Assembly (NCBI GenBank): GCA_963730185.1 | Contig: CAVSQW010000013.1 | Location: 64,001-128,000 of the forward strand | From: an uncultured Gemmatimonadales bacterium | GTDB lineage: Bacteria; Gemmatimonadota; Gemmatimonadetes; Gemmatimonadales; GWC2-71-9 | Direction of reading: 5' to 3' | DNA: 64,000 nucleotides | Shown here: in pieces, positions 28,359 to 37,862 of the stretch | Position numbering within the stretch: the first letter of the stretch is position 1 | Layout of the letters: each line of letters begins with the position of its first letter | The notes under the pieces: generated by a model | The model's database searches: none | Seen by the model: only the letters and a program-made list of their open reading frames with translations | What the model was told of the DNA's origin: nothing | Program-made: the position numbers and the translations under genes

Positions 28359-29561
28359 CCCCTCGGTCACTACCCGTTCCCGCACCAGCGCCGCCGCCAG
28401 CAGGAGTCCTGACACGAGGGCCACCGCCGTCAGCATCATGCTGAAGGCGGTTTCGATCCCCGAGACCACCTGGCTCTCGAGTAACGCCGTGATGCTCCGG
28501 AACCCGATGCTGCCCGGCACCAGGATCAGGAGCCCGGGCACGAGGGTCACCGCCGCCGGCCGCTCCGTGATCCGGTTGTACCCGTTGCTCGCCAGGCTGA
28601 CCGCGAGCGCCCCGAAGAACACGCCCAGCTCGGGGCCGAGCAGAGAGGTGCCGAGCCGGGTGCTGACAAAGGCGAGCACCCCGGCCGCCGCGATCCAGGG
28701 CAGATCGCGGCGCTCGGCCCGAAGCAGCACCGCGAAGGCGAGCGCTGCGCCGAGCAGGGCCGGCCAGATGGTCCACTCGGGCGCGGGCACGGGCGTCACG
28801 GCGTGGACCGGATGGCCCGCCTGAGCGGCCACCCGGTAGCCCATGGCGACCCCGAATCCGATCCCGATGAAGGTCATGAACGCGCTGGCCATCCGGGCGG
28901 TGCCGGCCGCCAGATGAGCCGTGGCCAACTCGCCGATCGCGCTGGTCAGCGTGAGACCGGGAATCAACACGATGAGGCCGGCCAGGGTGGCGGTCGGCAC
29001 GGAGTACGTCCCAACGGCCCCCGCGAGCCACGCCACGCCCAAGGCGCAGACGAAGGCGGCGAGCGGCTCGAAGACCCTGGCCATCCCGGTCCATCGGGTG
29101 GATGCCACCGCCAGGAGCCCAATCACGAGTCCTGCCAGGGCGGCGATTCGCGCTTCCGCCCACCCGCCCCCGAGAAAGGCGGCGGCCGTCGCCGACGCCA
29201 GGCCGTAGCCGGCAACCACCGCGGCCGCCGGAGTGGTCGATGACTGGCGGGACCCGAGCCGCTCGCGTCCCTCCGCCGGCGTGAGCTTCCCGCGGAGCAC
29301 GGACTTCGCGATCTCGGTCACCCGAACCAGCCGGCCCAGATCGGGTGGCCTCGGCTCGGTGCGCATCATGAAGGTCCGCTGGTGCTCGTCCTGTCCGAAC
29401 GACGCGAAGATCGAGGTCGGGGTCGTGAAGAACTGCCCCTCGACCCCCAGCCGGCGGCTGGCCACGGTGAGGAGCTCCTCCAGTTGGTTGGTGGCGTACC
29501 CCGCCTGGTGCAGGGCTCGCCCCAAGGTGAGGAGAAACGAGATCGCGGGGTCGAGGGACAC
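28356..29561 (-). CDS. Threonine/serine exporter family (ThrE-like) protein
   Basis: LGRALH..G, two duplicated TM halves with LIPG / LVPG motifs. Confidence 0.88.
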   Translation of the reverse strand: MSLDPAISFLLTLGRALHQAGYATNQLEELLTVASRRLGVEGQFFTTPTSIFASFGQDEHQRTFMMRTEPRPPDLGRLVRVTEIAKSVLRGKLTPAEGRERLGSRQSSTTPAAAVVAGYGLASATAAAFLGGGWAEARIAALAGLVIGLLAVASTRWTGMARVFEPLAAFVCALGVAWLAGAVGTYSVPTATLAGLIVLIPGLTLTSAIGELATAHLAAGTARMASAFMTFIGIGFGVAMGYRVAAQAGHPVHAVTPVPAPEWTIWPALLGAALAFAVLLRAERRDLPWIAAAGVLAFVSTRLGTSLLGPELGVFFGALAVSLASNGYNRITERPAAVTLVPGLLILVPGSIGFRSITALLESQVVSGIETAFSMMLTAVALVSGLLLAAALVRERVVTEG

Positions 29562-29570
29562 ACCGGGAAT

Positions 29571-29720
29571 CTAGTGAATTGAGCGTCGTGAGCAGGGAGC
29601 AGGGAGGAGAGAGTACGACGGATCTCTGCCCTCTCACCTCCCTCCTCACCTCCCTCCTCACCTTCCACTCCCCAGTCCCTACTCCCTCCCTACTCCCTAT
29701 TCACTACTCACCAATCCCTA
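29571..29720. repeat. Two opposed heptamer arrays between divergent genes
   Basis: G-rich (cagggag)n at 29571-29617, then C-rich (ccctact/ccctcct/cactact)n at 29625-29720. Confidence 0.75.
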
Positions 29721-29763
29721 TCCAGCCCTTCCGTCCTCCCGACCTCCCTCCCACATTTCCCTC

Positions 29764-30471
29764 GTGTCCCAGCCCATCGCGCTCGTTACGGGCGCCACGG
29801 AAGGCATCGGGCGCGCGACCGCGCTCGCCCTCGGTCGTCACGGCTACGCGGTCGGTGTCACCGCCCGCACCGGCGAGAAGGTCGAGGCCCTCGTCGCGGA
29901 GCTGGCTCAGGCCGGTGTCCGGGCGGCGGGCTGCCCGGCCGACGTCGGCGATCCGGCCGAGGTCGAGGCGCTCGTTGCCCACCTGACCGAAGCGCTCGGC
30001 CCGATCGACACCCTGATCAACAATGCGGGCATCCTCATCCCGCGGCCCCTGCTCGAGACCACGGTCGAGGAGTGGGATGCCACCTTCCAGACCAACGTCC
30101 GCGGCCTTTTTCTCGTCACCCGGGCCGTGTTGCCCGGGATGATCGAGCGCGGCCGAGGCGACGTCGTCAATCTGGCCAGCCTGGCCGGGAAGAACGGCGT
30201 GGCGGGCGCCACCGCCTACAGTGCCTCCAAGCACGCGGTCCTCGGCTTTTCTCGGTCGCTCCTGCTCGAGGTCCGGAAGCACGGCCTGCGGGTCATCGCC
30301 GTCTGCCCGGGGAGCGTCGATACCCCCATGATGCGGGGACAGTCTTCCCTTCGCCCCGATTTCGACCGGATTCTCCGGCCGGAAGACGTGGCCGAAGCCA
30401 TTCTCGGCGCGCTTGGTCTGCCCCGCCGGGCAACGGTGAGTGAGCTCGACGTCCGTCCCGCCAACCCCTAG
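29764..30471 (+). CDS. SDR family oxidoreductase
   Basis: TGATEGIG, NNAG, YSASK, CPG.VDT. Confidence 0.93.
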   Translation: MSQPIALVTGATEGIGRATALALGRHGYAVGVTARTGEKVEALVAELAQAGVRAAGCPADVGDPAEVEALVAHLTEALGPIDTLINNAGILIPRPLLETTVEEWDATFQTNVRGLFLVTRAVLPGMIERGRGDVVNLASLAGKNGVAGATAYSASKHAVLGFSRSLLLEVRKHGLRVIAVCPGSVDTPMMRGQSSLRPDFDRILRPEDVAEAILGALGLPRRATVSELDVRPANP

Positions 30472-32008
30472 TCGGCCCCGGTGGCGCCGGCTGGGCGATC
30501 CGTTCGCGCTGTCGGCGGCGGCGATCGTGCTGGCTTGGCTCGCCTTCGCCGCCGCTGATCTCGGCTCCTGGGTCGCCTGGCCGCTCGGCCTCGTCGCCAG
30601 CGGGATCGGGATCGCCGCGTTCGAGCGGGGCCGACGAATCGCCCGCCGCCGCCAGGTGGCGCTCCGCGACGCGGTGGCCGCCACGGCCGCGCGGAACCGC
30701 GAGCTCGACCTCCTCCGGAGCATCGCCGGAACCCTCCTCTCGTTCCGGTCCACCAGCGAGCTCTTCGACGAGATCGCCCGGGTCGCCCGGCTGCTGCTCC
30801 GGGCCGAGGGCGGCGCCGTGGTCCTCAAGTCGGACGTGAGCGACTTCCTCCGGGTCGTCGCCGGCGATGGACTGCTGCGCTCGGCCCGAGGTCGACTGCT
30901 GCCCGTGGCGGGCTCGCTCTCCGGCACGGCGGTCACCGAGGGTGGGTCGGTGATCTCGAAGGACATGACCACCGACCCCCGCAACCACCACGTCGAGGGC
31001 CTGCCCCCCGAGCTCCGGAGCGCGATCGTGGTGCCGCTTCGCTCCCGGGGGGAGATCATCGGCACGGTGGGCGCCTACAACCGGATCGACGGCGCCCCGT
31101 TCGTGGCGGAGGACCTCGGGCCGCTCCAGGCGCTGGCGGAACAGGTGGCGGTGGGGTTGGACCGGGCGGCGCTCCTCGACGACGCCCGCCGGAACGAGCT
31201 GGCATTGGCCGAGAAGAACCGGGCGCTGGAAGAGGCGACCGCGCTCAAGAGCCAGTTCCTGGCCAACATGTCGCACGAGCTTCGGACCCCGCTCAACGCC
31301 ATCATCGGATTTTCCGACCTGATGTTGGCCTCCAGCGACGCCCTGGACGAGGTCGACCGCGACTATCTGGAGTCGATTGCCCGGAACGGTCGCCACCTGT
31401 TGGGATTGATTAACTCGGTGCTCGACGCCTCGAAGATCGAAGCCGGCCGGATGGCGATCCACCTGGCCCGCTTCGACCTCCGCGAGGCTATCCTGACCGC
31501 CGTCGCCGATACCGAGAGCCTCCGGGCCGTCAAACGCCAGCGGTGCACCGTGGACGTCGGCTCCGAGCCGCTCGACCTGAACGCCGATCGGCAGGTGGTC
31601 CGCCAGGTCCTCTTCAACCTGTTGTCGAACGCGGCCAAGTTCACCGAGGAGGGCGGCTCGGTGGCGGTGTCGGCGGTCCTGACCCGGGTGCCCCTGCCGG
31701 TGCCGGCCGGCCGCCAAGGAGACGTTCCCCGCCTGGAGCTCCGCGCCGCCGCCTGGGTCGCGGTCCGTGACACCGGGATCGGGATCCGGCGGGACGATCT
31801 CGACAAGCTCTTCCAGGCGTTCAGCCAGGTCGATGCGTCGAGCAGCCGCCGGCAGCACGGCACCGGGCTGGGGTTGGCGCTGGCCAAGGCGTTGGTGGAG
31901 TTGCACGGCGGGACGGTGGGGGTGGAATCGGTCGCGGAGGAGGGAAGTACCTTCTGGTTCATCCTCCCGGTCGACGGACCGCTTCGGCAGCCGACCTGGG
32001 AGGCTTGA
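30440..32008 (+). CDS. GAF-domain sensor histidine kinase
   Basis: Two TM helices, GAF (VPL..RGEIIG...F...D), FLANMSHELRTPLNAI, NLLSNAAKF, DTGIGI, GTGLGL. Confidence 0.93.
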   Translation: MSSTSVPPTPSRPRWRRLGDPFALSAAAIVLAWLAFAAADLGSWVAWPLGLVASGIGIAAFERGRRIARRRQVALRDAVAATAARNRELDLLRSIAGTLLSFRSTSELFDEIARVARLLLRAEGGAVVLKSDVSDFLRVVAGDGLLRSARGRLLPVAGSLSGTAVTEGGSVISKDMTTDPRNHHVEGLPPELRSAIVVPLRSRGEIIGTVGAYNRIDGAPFVAEDLGPLQALAEQVAVGLDRAALLDDARRNELALAEKNRALEEATALKSQFLANMSHELRTPLNAIIGFSDLMLASSDALDEVDRDYLESIARNGRHLLGLINSVLDASKIEAGRMAIHLARFDLREAILTAVADTESLRAVKRQRCTVDVGSEPLDLNADRQVVRQVLFNLLSNAAKFTEEGGSVAVSAVLTRVPLPVPAGRQGDVPRLELRAAAWVAVRDTGIGIRRDDLDKLFQAFSQVDASSSRRQHGTGLGLALAKALVELHGGTVGVESVAEEGSTFWFILPVDGPLRQPTWEA

Positions 32009-32816
32009 CGGCGCTCCGGCGTAGCAGCTCGAGGTGGGGCGCGATGACCCCGGCGAACTGGGTGGCGGCGGCGGCCGTGTCGCGCGGCGAGCCGAATTCG
32101 GTCGCGTCCAGCACCATCGCGCCGACGGTCCGTTCCGCCACCCGGAGCGCGACTGCCAGCTCCGAGCCCTCCCGATGCTGCACTACCGTCCAGAGCCGCT
32201 CGCCTTCCAGCACCGGCCGGGTCGGCAGGGTCTCGATCAAGTGAACCGGCAGATCGTGGAGCGGCCGGATGGCGTCGGGCGTGAGCTCCACGACTTCGGT
32301 CTCCGACCAGCGAAGCTGGAAGCGAAGGCCGGTGTGCGGGATCAGCTCGCGGATCTCCGTGCTCACCAGGTGCAGCGCCTCCCCCAGATGGGTAGTTCCG
32401 GCCAGCGCCTCCGCGGCGCGGAGCACCGGGAGCGACGGGGCCTGGAGGACTTCCAGCTGTCCCCGGAGCGCGTGCACCTCGCTCTCCAACCGGAGCGCCC
32501 ACACCCGGGCGCTCACCAGCCGGGCCACGACTTGGGCGAGCTCCTCGTCCGACGGCCGGTACACGTCCGCGGCCGCGTGGCCGAAGAGCACGAGGCCGAT
32601 GGTCTCGTCGCCGATGGTGAGCCGGGCGCCCAGCATCGACGCGACCCGGGTCGGCCCGTTGGTTCCGCCCGGCCAGGAGAGGCCCGGCGCTTCGGCATTG
32701 AGGTCGGCGATCGTGCCGGTCGACTCGGCCCCGAGGAAGTCGTTCACCAACCGGGCCAGGTCGGCCCAAGTCGCGGCGTTCGCGCCCCAGCGCCGGCGAG
32801 GCGCCAGCCCGCTCAA
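31959..32816 (-). CDS. GAF-domain protein, probably the C-terminal part of one frameshifted gene with 32813..33475
   Basis: GAF-like motifs (LGARLTIGDETIG, ALRVAERTVGAM); in-frame upstream extension RAALPL. Confidence 0.65.
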   Translation of the reverse strand: MSGLAPRRRWGANAATWADLARLVNDFLGAESTGTIADLNAEAPGLSWPGGTNGPTRVASMLGARLTIGDETIGLVLFGHAAADVYRPSDEELAQVVARLVSARVWALRLESEVHALRGQLEVLQAPSLPVLRAAEALAGTTHLGEALHLVSTEIRELIPHTGLRFQLRWSETEVVELTPDAIRPLHDLPVHLIETLPTRPVLEGERLWTVVQHREGSELAVALRVAERTVGAMVLDATEFGSPRDTAAAATQFAGVIAPHLELLRRSAVKPPRSAAEAVRRPGG

Positions 32817-33475
32817 GGGCAGGGCCGCCCGTTTCCGTTCGCGAACGCCAGGAGCTCGAGCCGGTCGTGCGGCAGATGGGTGTGGAGGAGCCCGCTCAGC
32901 TGCCGCACCAGCTCCGGCCCGCTCGGAGCGCTGATTGCGACCTCGGCGATCGTGGCGGGCAGTTCGTCCTGGTCGACGGTCCGGGTGATCGCGTTGGCCC
33001 CGCCCGACGCGGTGAGCGAGCGGCCGAGGGCGTCGAGCGTCGGAGCCAGCTGGCGCGAGAGCCCCTGGAGTCGGCGAATGGCCCGGGGCCCGTACGCCCC
33101 GGCCTCGAAGGTCCCGAAGAGCGCGATCCCGACGGTGCGATCCTGGCCCGTGACCGGCACGGCCACGGCCGAGGCATACTGCGCCCGGCGGAGCGTCTCC
33201 TCGAGCTCGAACAGCTGGTCCTGGGACAGGAACGGATCCGGCTCGGGTGGCGTGAGCCGGTCTTCGGCCAGGGCCTCCGGCCCGAGCAGCACGGCGCCGC
33301 CCCGGCTGGAGTAGACCCAGAGTCCGAACAACTGGTGGGGGACCTCCGCCCCGATCAGATTCCCCAGAGCCATGTGCCAGGTCGAGATCGCGACGGGATC
33401 GGGCACGCCGGAGGAGAGATCCAGGACGGGAGCGAGGATCTCGGGCGGGGTCTGGGGAACGTTGAGGCCGGTCAT
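32813..33475 (-). CDS. GAF-like protein, N-terminal part
   Basis: AVAVPV..DRTVGIALFG GAF-like segment; ends abruptly at NGNGRPCP. Confidence 0.65.
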   Translation of the reverse strand: MTGLNVPQTPPEILAPVLDLSSGVPDPVAISTWHMALGNLIGAEVPHQLFGLWVYSSRGGAVLLGPEALAEDRLTPPEPDPFLSQDQLFELEETLRRAQYASAVAVPVTGQDRTVGIALFGTFEAGAYGPRAIRRLQGLSRQLAPTLDALGRSLTASGGANAITRTVDQDELPATIAEVAISAPSGPELVRQLSGLLHTHLPHDRLELLAFANGNGRPCP

Positions 33476-33589
33476 GGCGTATTTTCGGGTAGCAGAAGCT
33501 ATGCCCGTGAGGGCAATTCCGCTAACTTGTTGTGGAGTAACAACTTGAACGGTTCTTACGGGAGCCGGATGGAGAAGGAGTTCCGCAAA

Positions 33590-33796
33590 ATGGCGTCTCT
33601 CACGCTACAGATCGAAGGAATGAGCTGCGGCCACTGCCTGAACGCGGTCAACAAGGCGCTCACCGAGCTCGACGGGGTCACGATCAAAGAGGTGCGGATG
33701 GGGCGGGCGGAGGTGGAGTACGATCCCGCCAAGGTCGACCAGGGGAAGATCGTCGGGGCGGTGAGCGAGGCGGGGTACCAGGCGACGGCGGCGTGA
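33590..33796 (+). CDS. copZ: Heavy-metal-associated (CopZ-like) chaperone
   Basis: AAGGAG RBS; IEGMSCGHC, AGY; 68 aa. Confidence 0.88.
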   Translation: MASLTLQIEGMSCGHCLNAVNKALTELDGVTIKEVRMGRAEVEYDPAKVDQGKIVGAVSEAGYQATAA

Positions 33797-33803
33797 GCAG
33801 CTG

Positions 33804-34043
33804 ATGAGCCACCGTCTCCAGACCTACGAGACGCCCGAGATCGTGGTCACCTTCGATCCGAACGTCTGCATTCACTCGGGCAACTGCGTTCGGGGGCTCC
33901 CGACCGTGTTCGACGTGTCCCGGCGCCGCTGGGTGGCGCCTGAGGCCGCTGCGGCCCAGGCGGTCGAGGCCCAGATCGCCCGGTGCCCGTCGGGCGCGCT
34001 CCAGTGCCATCGGCAGGGGCCTGACGGCGCTGATTCTGCCTGA
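33804..34043 (+). CDS. Divergent 4Fe-4S monocluster protein (YjdI-like)
   Basis: CIHSGNCVRGLP.VFD...RRW, CPSGAL. Confidence 0.85.
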   Translation: MSHRLQTYETPEIVVTFDPNVCIHSGNCVRGLPTVFDVSRRRWVAPEAAAAQAVEAQIARCPSGALQCHRQGPDGADSA

Positions 34044-34101
34044 GCGCCGCGATCGGCGAGCTGCCTAACTCCGGTGGCGATCCTCCACCGGCTTCGAGCG
34101 G

Positions 34102-36804
34102 TCAGTCGGCTTTGAGGGCCTGAATCGGCTCGACCCGCGAGGCGCGCCAGGCCGGCACGGCGCCGGCCGCGAGGCCCACGACCAGGAGGACGCCCGCCGC
34201 GAGCAGCAGGCTCGCGGGGTCGCGAGGCGAGACGCCGGAGAGCAGCCCCCGGACCAGGTTGGCGGCGGGCCACGCCAGCGCCAGGCCCGCCGCGAGTCCG
34301 ACCAGCACGATGCCGAGCGTGTCGCGAAGCACCAGCCAGCGGACGCCGCGTGCCCCGGCTCCGAGGGCGATCCGGATCCCGAGCTCGTTGGTCCGGCGAG
34401 CCACCGAGTAGGTCATGACCCCGTAGAGACCCACCGCCGCGAGCAGCAGGGCCAGGGCCCCGAAGAGTCGGGCCATCTCCGCCGCCATCCGACGCTCGGC
34501 CAACTGCCGCTCGAGCAGATCCGCGACCGAGGCGACCTCCCGGACCGGGAGCGAGCGGTCCACCCCGCCGATCGCCCGGCGAATCGCCGGGGCCAATGCG
34601 GCCGCCGAGCCGTCGACCCGCACTTCGACGCTGGACATGACGACCTCAGGCGCTTGGAGCGCCGCCAGATACACCATTTTGGGCGGCTCCTCCGTCAGGG
34701 AGTTGAACCGGGCGTCGGCCGCCACGCCTGCGATCTCCAGGTTGGCCGTCCCGTCGAAGCCGAATCGCCGTCCGACCACGGCCTCGGTGCCGAAGAAGTA
34801 CCGCGCCGCCGAGCGGCTCACCACCGCGAGCCGGCGGCTGCTGTCCCGGTCGGCAGGTGTGAAGGCCCGTCCGGTTACGATCGGGATGCCGGTCGTGGCG
34901 AAGAAGTCCGGGGTGACGTACTCGATCTGCGCGTCCGGATCCCACTCGGGGCCGTGGGACCTCCCCGGGACGTCGAACGACATGGTCATCGACGAGCCGG
35001 ATCCGATCGCGTAGGCCGAGAGGCTCGCCGATCGAATCCCGGGAAGGGCCCGGACCGCGTCCAGCAGGCGCTGGTGCAGGGCGGGGAGCTGGTCGGGCCG
35101 GTAGCCGGCGGCCCTGGAGTCGAAGCGCGCCGCGAGCAGCCCCTGGCGGGCGTAACCCGGGTCGAGCGTGGTGAGGTGATGAAAGGTGCGGGCGAAGAGC
35201 GCCGCGAGCACCACCAGCACGAGGGAGAGTGCCACCTGTCCCGCGACCAGCGCCCGACCGGCCCTGAGCCGGTCCGCGGCGGCCCGGCCCGCCGAACGGA
35301 GCTCGCCGAACGGCCGACTCGCGGCGACCCTGAGCGCCGGCGCCAGCCCGAACAAGAGGCCGGTCAGCACGGACACCGCCGCCGCGAAGGCCAGCAAGCG
35401 GCCGTCGAAGGGTACCTCGAGCGAGATCGGCGTGGTTGGCCCGGAGGCGCTCCGGACGAGCGCCGCCGCACCCACCCGAGCGACGAACAGGCTCGCGGCG
35501 CCGCCGAGCAGCGCCAGGACCAGCGACTCGGTCAGGACCTGCCGGACCAGGCGGGCTCGCCCCGCGCCCAGCGCGATCCGGATGCTCATCTCCTGGCGCC
35601 GAGCGGCGCTCCGAGCCAGGAGCAGGCTGGCCAGGTTGGCGCAGGTGATGAGGAGTACCAGTCCGACCGTGATCATCAAGGCCACCAGCGGATCGGCCAG
35701 CTGGTCCCGAAGGCCGGAGACGCCCCGATCGGCGCGTTCCAGCGCCACGTGTTCCCGGAGCCGGAACTCCCGGGTCGCGGAGTCGGCGCCGGCGAGTTGA
35801 TCTTCGAGGCTCGCCCGGTAGACCTGGGCCAGACGGGCCTCGACCGACGCCACCGGCTGGCCGGCCGGGATGCGGGTCAGGAGCCAGAGCCACCGGATGC
35901 CCGCTTGGGGCCACCACGGCTTCAGGAAGTCGGCATCGTCCGCCGACGCGTTGCCGAGGTACTTCAGGTCGGCCTGAAGGCCGAGGGGGAGCCAGAGGTC
36001 GGGCGTCTCGCCGGTGGCCACCCCGAAGAAGCCGGGCTCGGTCACCCCGATCACGGTGACGGCGGCACCGTTGACCCGGATGGTCGAGCCCACCACGCCG
36101 GGATCGCGGCCGAACCGGCTGGTCCAGTAGCGATGGCTCAGCACCACGACCGGCGCGGCCGACGCTCCCTGGTCGTCGCCCGGGCCGATCAGCCGGCCGA
36201 CCGCGGGCTGGACGCCGAGAAACGGAAACCAGCTTCCGGCGACCAGCTGGCCCGACGCCGTCTCCGGGAGATCGCCGATGGTGGCGTAGAGGCGAAAGCG
36301 GGGCGCGAACGAAGTGAGGTGGGCGGAGTCGGGCAGCGCCGCGGCGAACTGGCCGAGCTCGGCGGCCGAGAACCGGTTGCCCCGATGGTTGGCGTCGTCG
36401 AGGCCGACCCGCCGGATCAGCTCGATCTCGGCCGGGCGCTCGACCGGGAGGGAACGGAGAAGGAGCCCGTCGATGACCCCGAACACCGCCGTGTTGGCGC
36501 CGATTCCGATGGCGAGCGTGAGCATCGCGGCGGCCGCGAAGCCCGGCGCGCGGCGGAGGCCCCGAAGAGCGTAGCGGACATCGGCCCACCAGTCCGTGAG
36601 CCAACGGGCGGCCCCGACGTCGCGGGTGGCCTCCTTCACCTGCGCCACCCCGCCCAGGGACAGCCGAGCCTGTCGGCGGGCCTCGGCGGGCGACAGGCCG
36701 CCGGCCTCGAGCCGTCGCTGGTGCTCTTCGAGGTGAAAGGCGAGCTCGCGATCGAGGTCGTGCTCGAAGCGGTCGCGGCGGAGAAGGCGGCGGAGCCGGC
36801 GCAT
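34102..36804 (-). CDS. ADOP-family duplicated ABC permease (MacB/FtsX-like)
   Basis: ELAFHL, DVRYALR..RRAPGF, GIGANTAVF, CANLASLLLAR, RRTNELGIRIALGA. Confidence 0.92.
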   Translation of the reverse strand: MRRLRRLLRRDRFEHDLDRELAFHLEEHQRRLEAGGLSPAEARRQARLSLGGVAQVKEATRDVGAARWLTDWWADVRYALRGLRRAPGFAAAAMLTLAIGIGANTAVFGVIDGLLLRSLPVERPAEIELIRRVGLDDANHRGNRFSAAELGQFAAALPDSAHLTSFAPRFRLYATIGDLPETASGQLVAGSWFPFLGVQPAVGRLIGPGDDQGASAAPVVVLSHRYWTSRFGRDPGVVGSTIRVNGAAVTVIGVTEPGFFGVATGETPDLWLPLGLQADLKYLGNASADDADFLKPWWPQAGIRWLWLLTRIPAGQPVASVEARLAQVYRASLEDQLAGADSATREFRLREHVALERADRGVSGLRDQLADPLVALMITVGLVLLITCANLASLLLARSAARRQEMSIRIALGAGRARLVRQVLTESLVLALLGGAASLFVARVGAAALVRSASGPTTPISLEVPFDGRLLAFAAAVSVLTGLLFGLAPALRVAASRPFGELRSAGRAAADRLRAGRALVAGQVALSLVLVVLAALFARTFHHLTTLDPGYARQGLLAARFDSRAAGYRPDQLPALHQRLLDAVRALPGIRSASLSAYAIGSGSSMTMSFDVPGRSHGPEWDPDAQIEYVTPDFFATTGIPIVTGRAFTPADRDSSRRLAVVSRSAARYFFGTEAVVGRRFGFDGTANLEIAGVAADARFNSLTEEPPKMVYLAALQAPEVVMSSVEVRVDGSAAALAPAIRRAIGGVDRSLPVREVASVADLLERQLAERRMAAEMARLFGALALLLAAVGLYGVMTYSVARRTNELGIRIALGAGARGVRWLVLRDTLGIVLVGLAAGLALAWPAANLVRGLLSGVSPRDPASLLLAAGVLLVVGLAAGAVPAWRASRVEPIQALKAD

Positions 36805-36950
36805 ACCAAGACACTCTACCCGTTAATAGGCAGAATGTCTAGGTGTCGACTCCGGCTCCCGGTCGGGCCGATCGCCGCGGCCAACCCTGGCGGCGAGCGG
36901 TCTGTCTAAGGAGCGACTCGTCGCCCCCATCCCTCTCGTCCGGACGGACC

Positions 36951-37859
36951 ATGATTCGCATCGTTCACCTGTCGCTGCTCCTGATCCTCCCGTCCACCGT
37001 TACCCTGGCGCAATCGGCTCCGGACACCACCTACCAGGTGCCGTTCCGGGCCGAGCGAATCGACCTTCCGCGCTCGGTCAACGGGATCGCCTATCGGCTC
37101 CTGGTTCGGAAGCCGCTCCGCGAGGCCGAGCCGGGCGAGCGGGCGATCGCGATCTACCTGCTCGACGCCCAGTGGAACCTGCCGGCCGTCGCCACGATGG
37201 AAGCGAACTACGAGGTACTGGGCCACACTCCGCCGATCTACTTCGTCGGGGTCGGATACCAGAACGAGGCGGCGGGGACGCCGTTGGAGTCGAACCGGAC
37301 TCGCGACTACACGCCGACGGCGTTCCACCCGGCCGACCCAGCCCGTCATTTCCTCAAGCCGGTCGACTACGACGGGTCGGGTGGCGCCGACGCCTTTCTC
37401 GACGTCCTGGCCCGCGAGGTGATCCCGGCGGTGGAGGCGCGGTACCCGGTCGATTCGACCCGGCGAGCTCTGGTCGGGAAGTCGATGGGCGGGTTGCTGA
37501 CGGCCCATGCGCTGCTGGCCCGGCCCGGTCTCTTCACCGACTATCTGATCATTTCGCCGGCCATCTGGTGGGACGACTACTTCCTCGACTTCCGCGACCG
37601 GGCCGTGAACCGGGAGGAGCGGGCCACCCACGACCGCCGGCTTGACCGGCCGACCCGGGTCTGGATCGGGATGGGCGACGGTGAAGAGCGACTCGGGATG
37701 CTGGCGGATGTCTACGTGCTGGCCCGCTCGCTCCGGCTTCGGAACGACCCCAACCTCGACCTTACCGTGAGGGTCCTGCCCGGCGAGATCCATGAGAGTG
37801 TCTTCGCGCCGGCGTTCGCGGCGGGGTTCCGGGCCTTGTTCACCCGTTCCCGCCGCTGA
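36951..37859 (+). CDS. Secreted alpha/beta-hydrolase (IroE/BesA-like esterase)
   Basis: YLLDA, RTRDYTP, GGADAF, GKSMGG nucleophile elbow, SPAIWW, GEIH. Confidence 0.85.
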   Translation: MIRIVHLSLLLILPSTVTLAQSAPDTTYQVPFRAERIDLPRSVNGIAYRLLVRKPLREAEPGERAIAIYLLDAQWNLPAVATMEANYEVLGHTPPIYFVGVGYQNEAAGTPLESNRTRDYTPTAFHPADPARHFLKPVDYDGSGGADAFLDVLAREVIPAVEARYPVDSTRRALVGKSMGGLLTAHALLARPGLFTDYLIISPAIWWDDYFLDFRDRAVNREERATHDRRLDRPTRVWIGMGDGEERLGMLADVYVLARSLRLRNDPNLDLTVRVLPGEIHESVFAPAFAAGFRALFTRSRR

Positions 37860-37862
37860 GCG

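Noticed and set aside
34646..36909. Long alternative-frame ORFs (722 and 751 aa) over the first ADOP gene
   Set aside because: Low-complexity translations with no motifs; typical GC-rich shadow ORFs.
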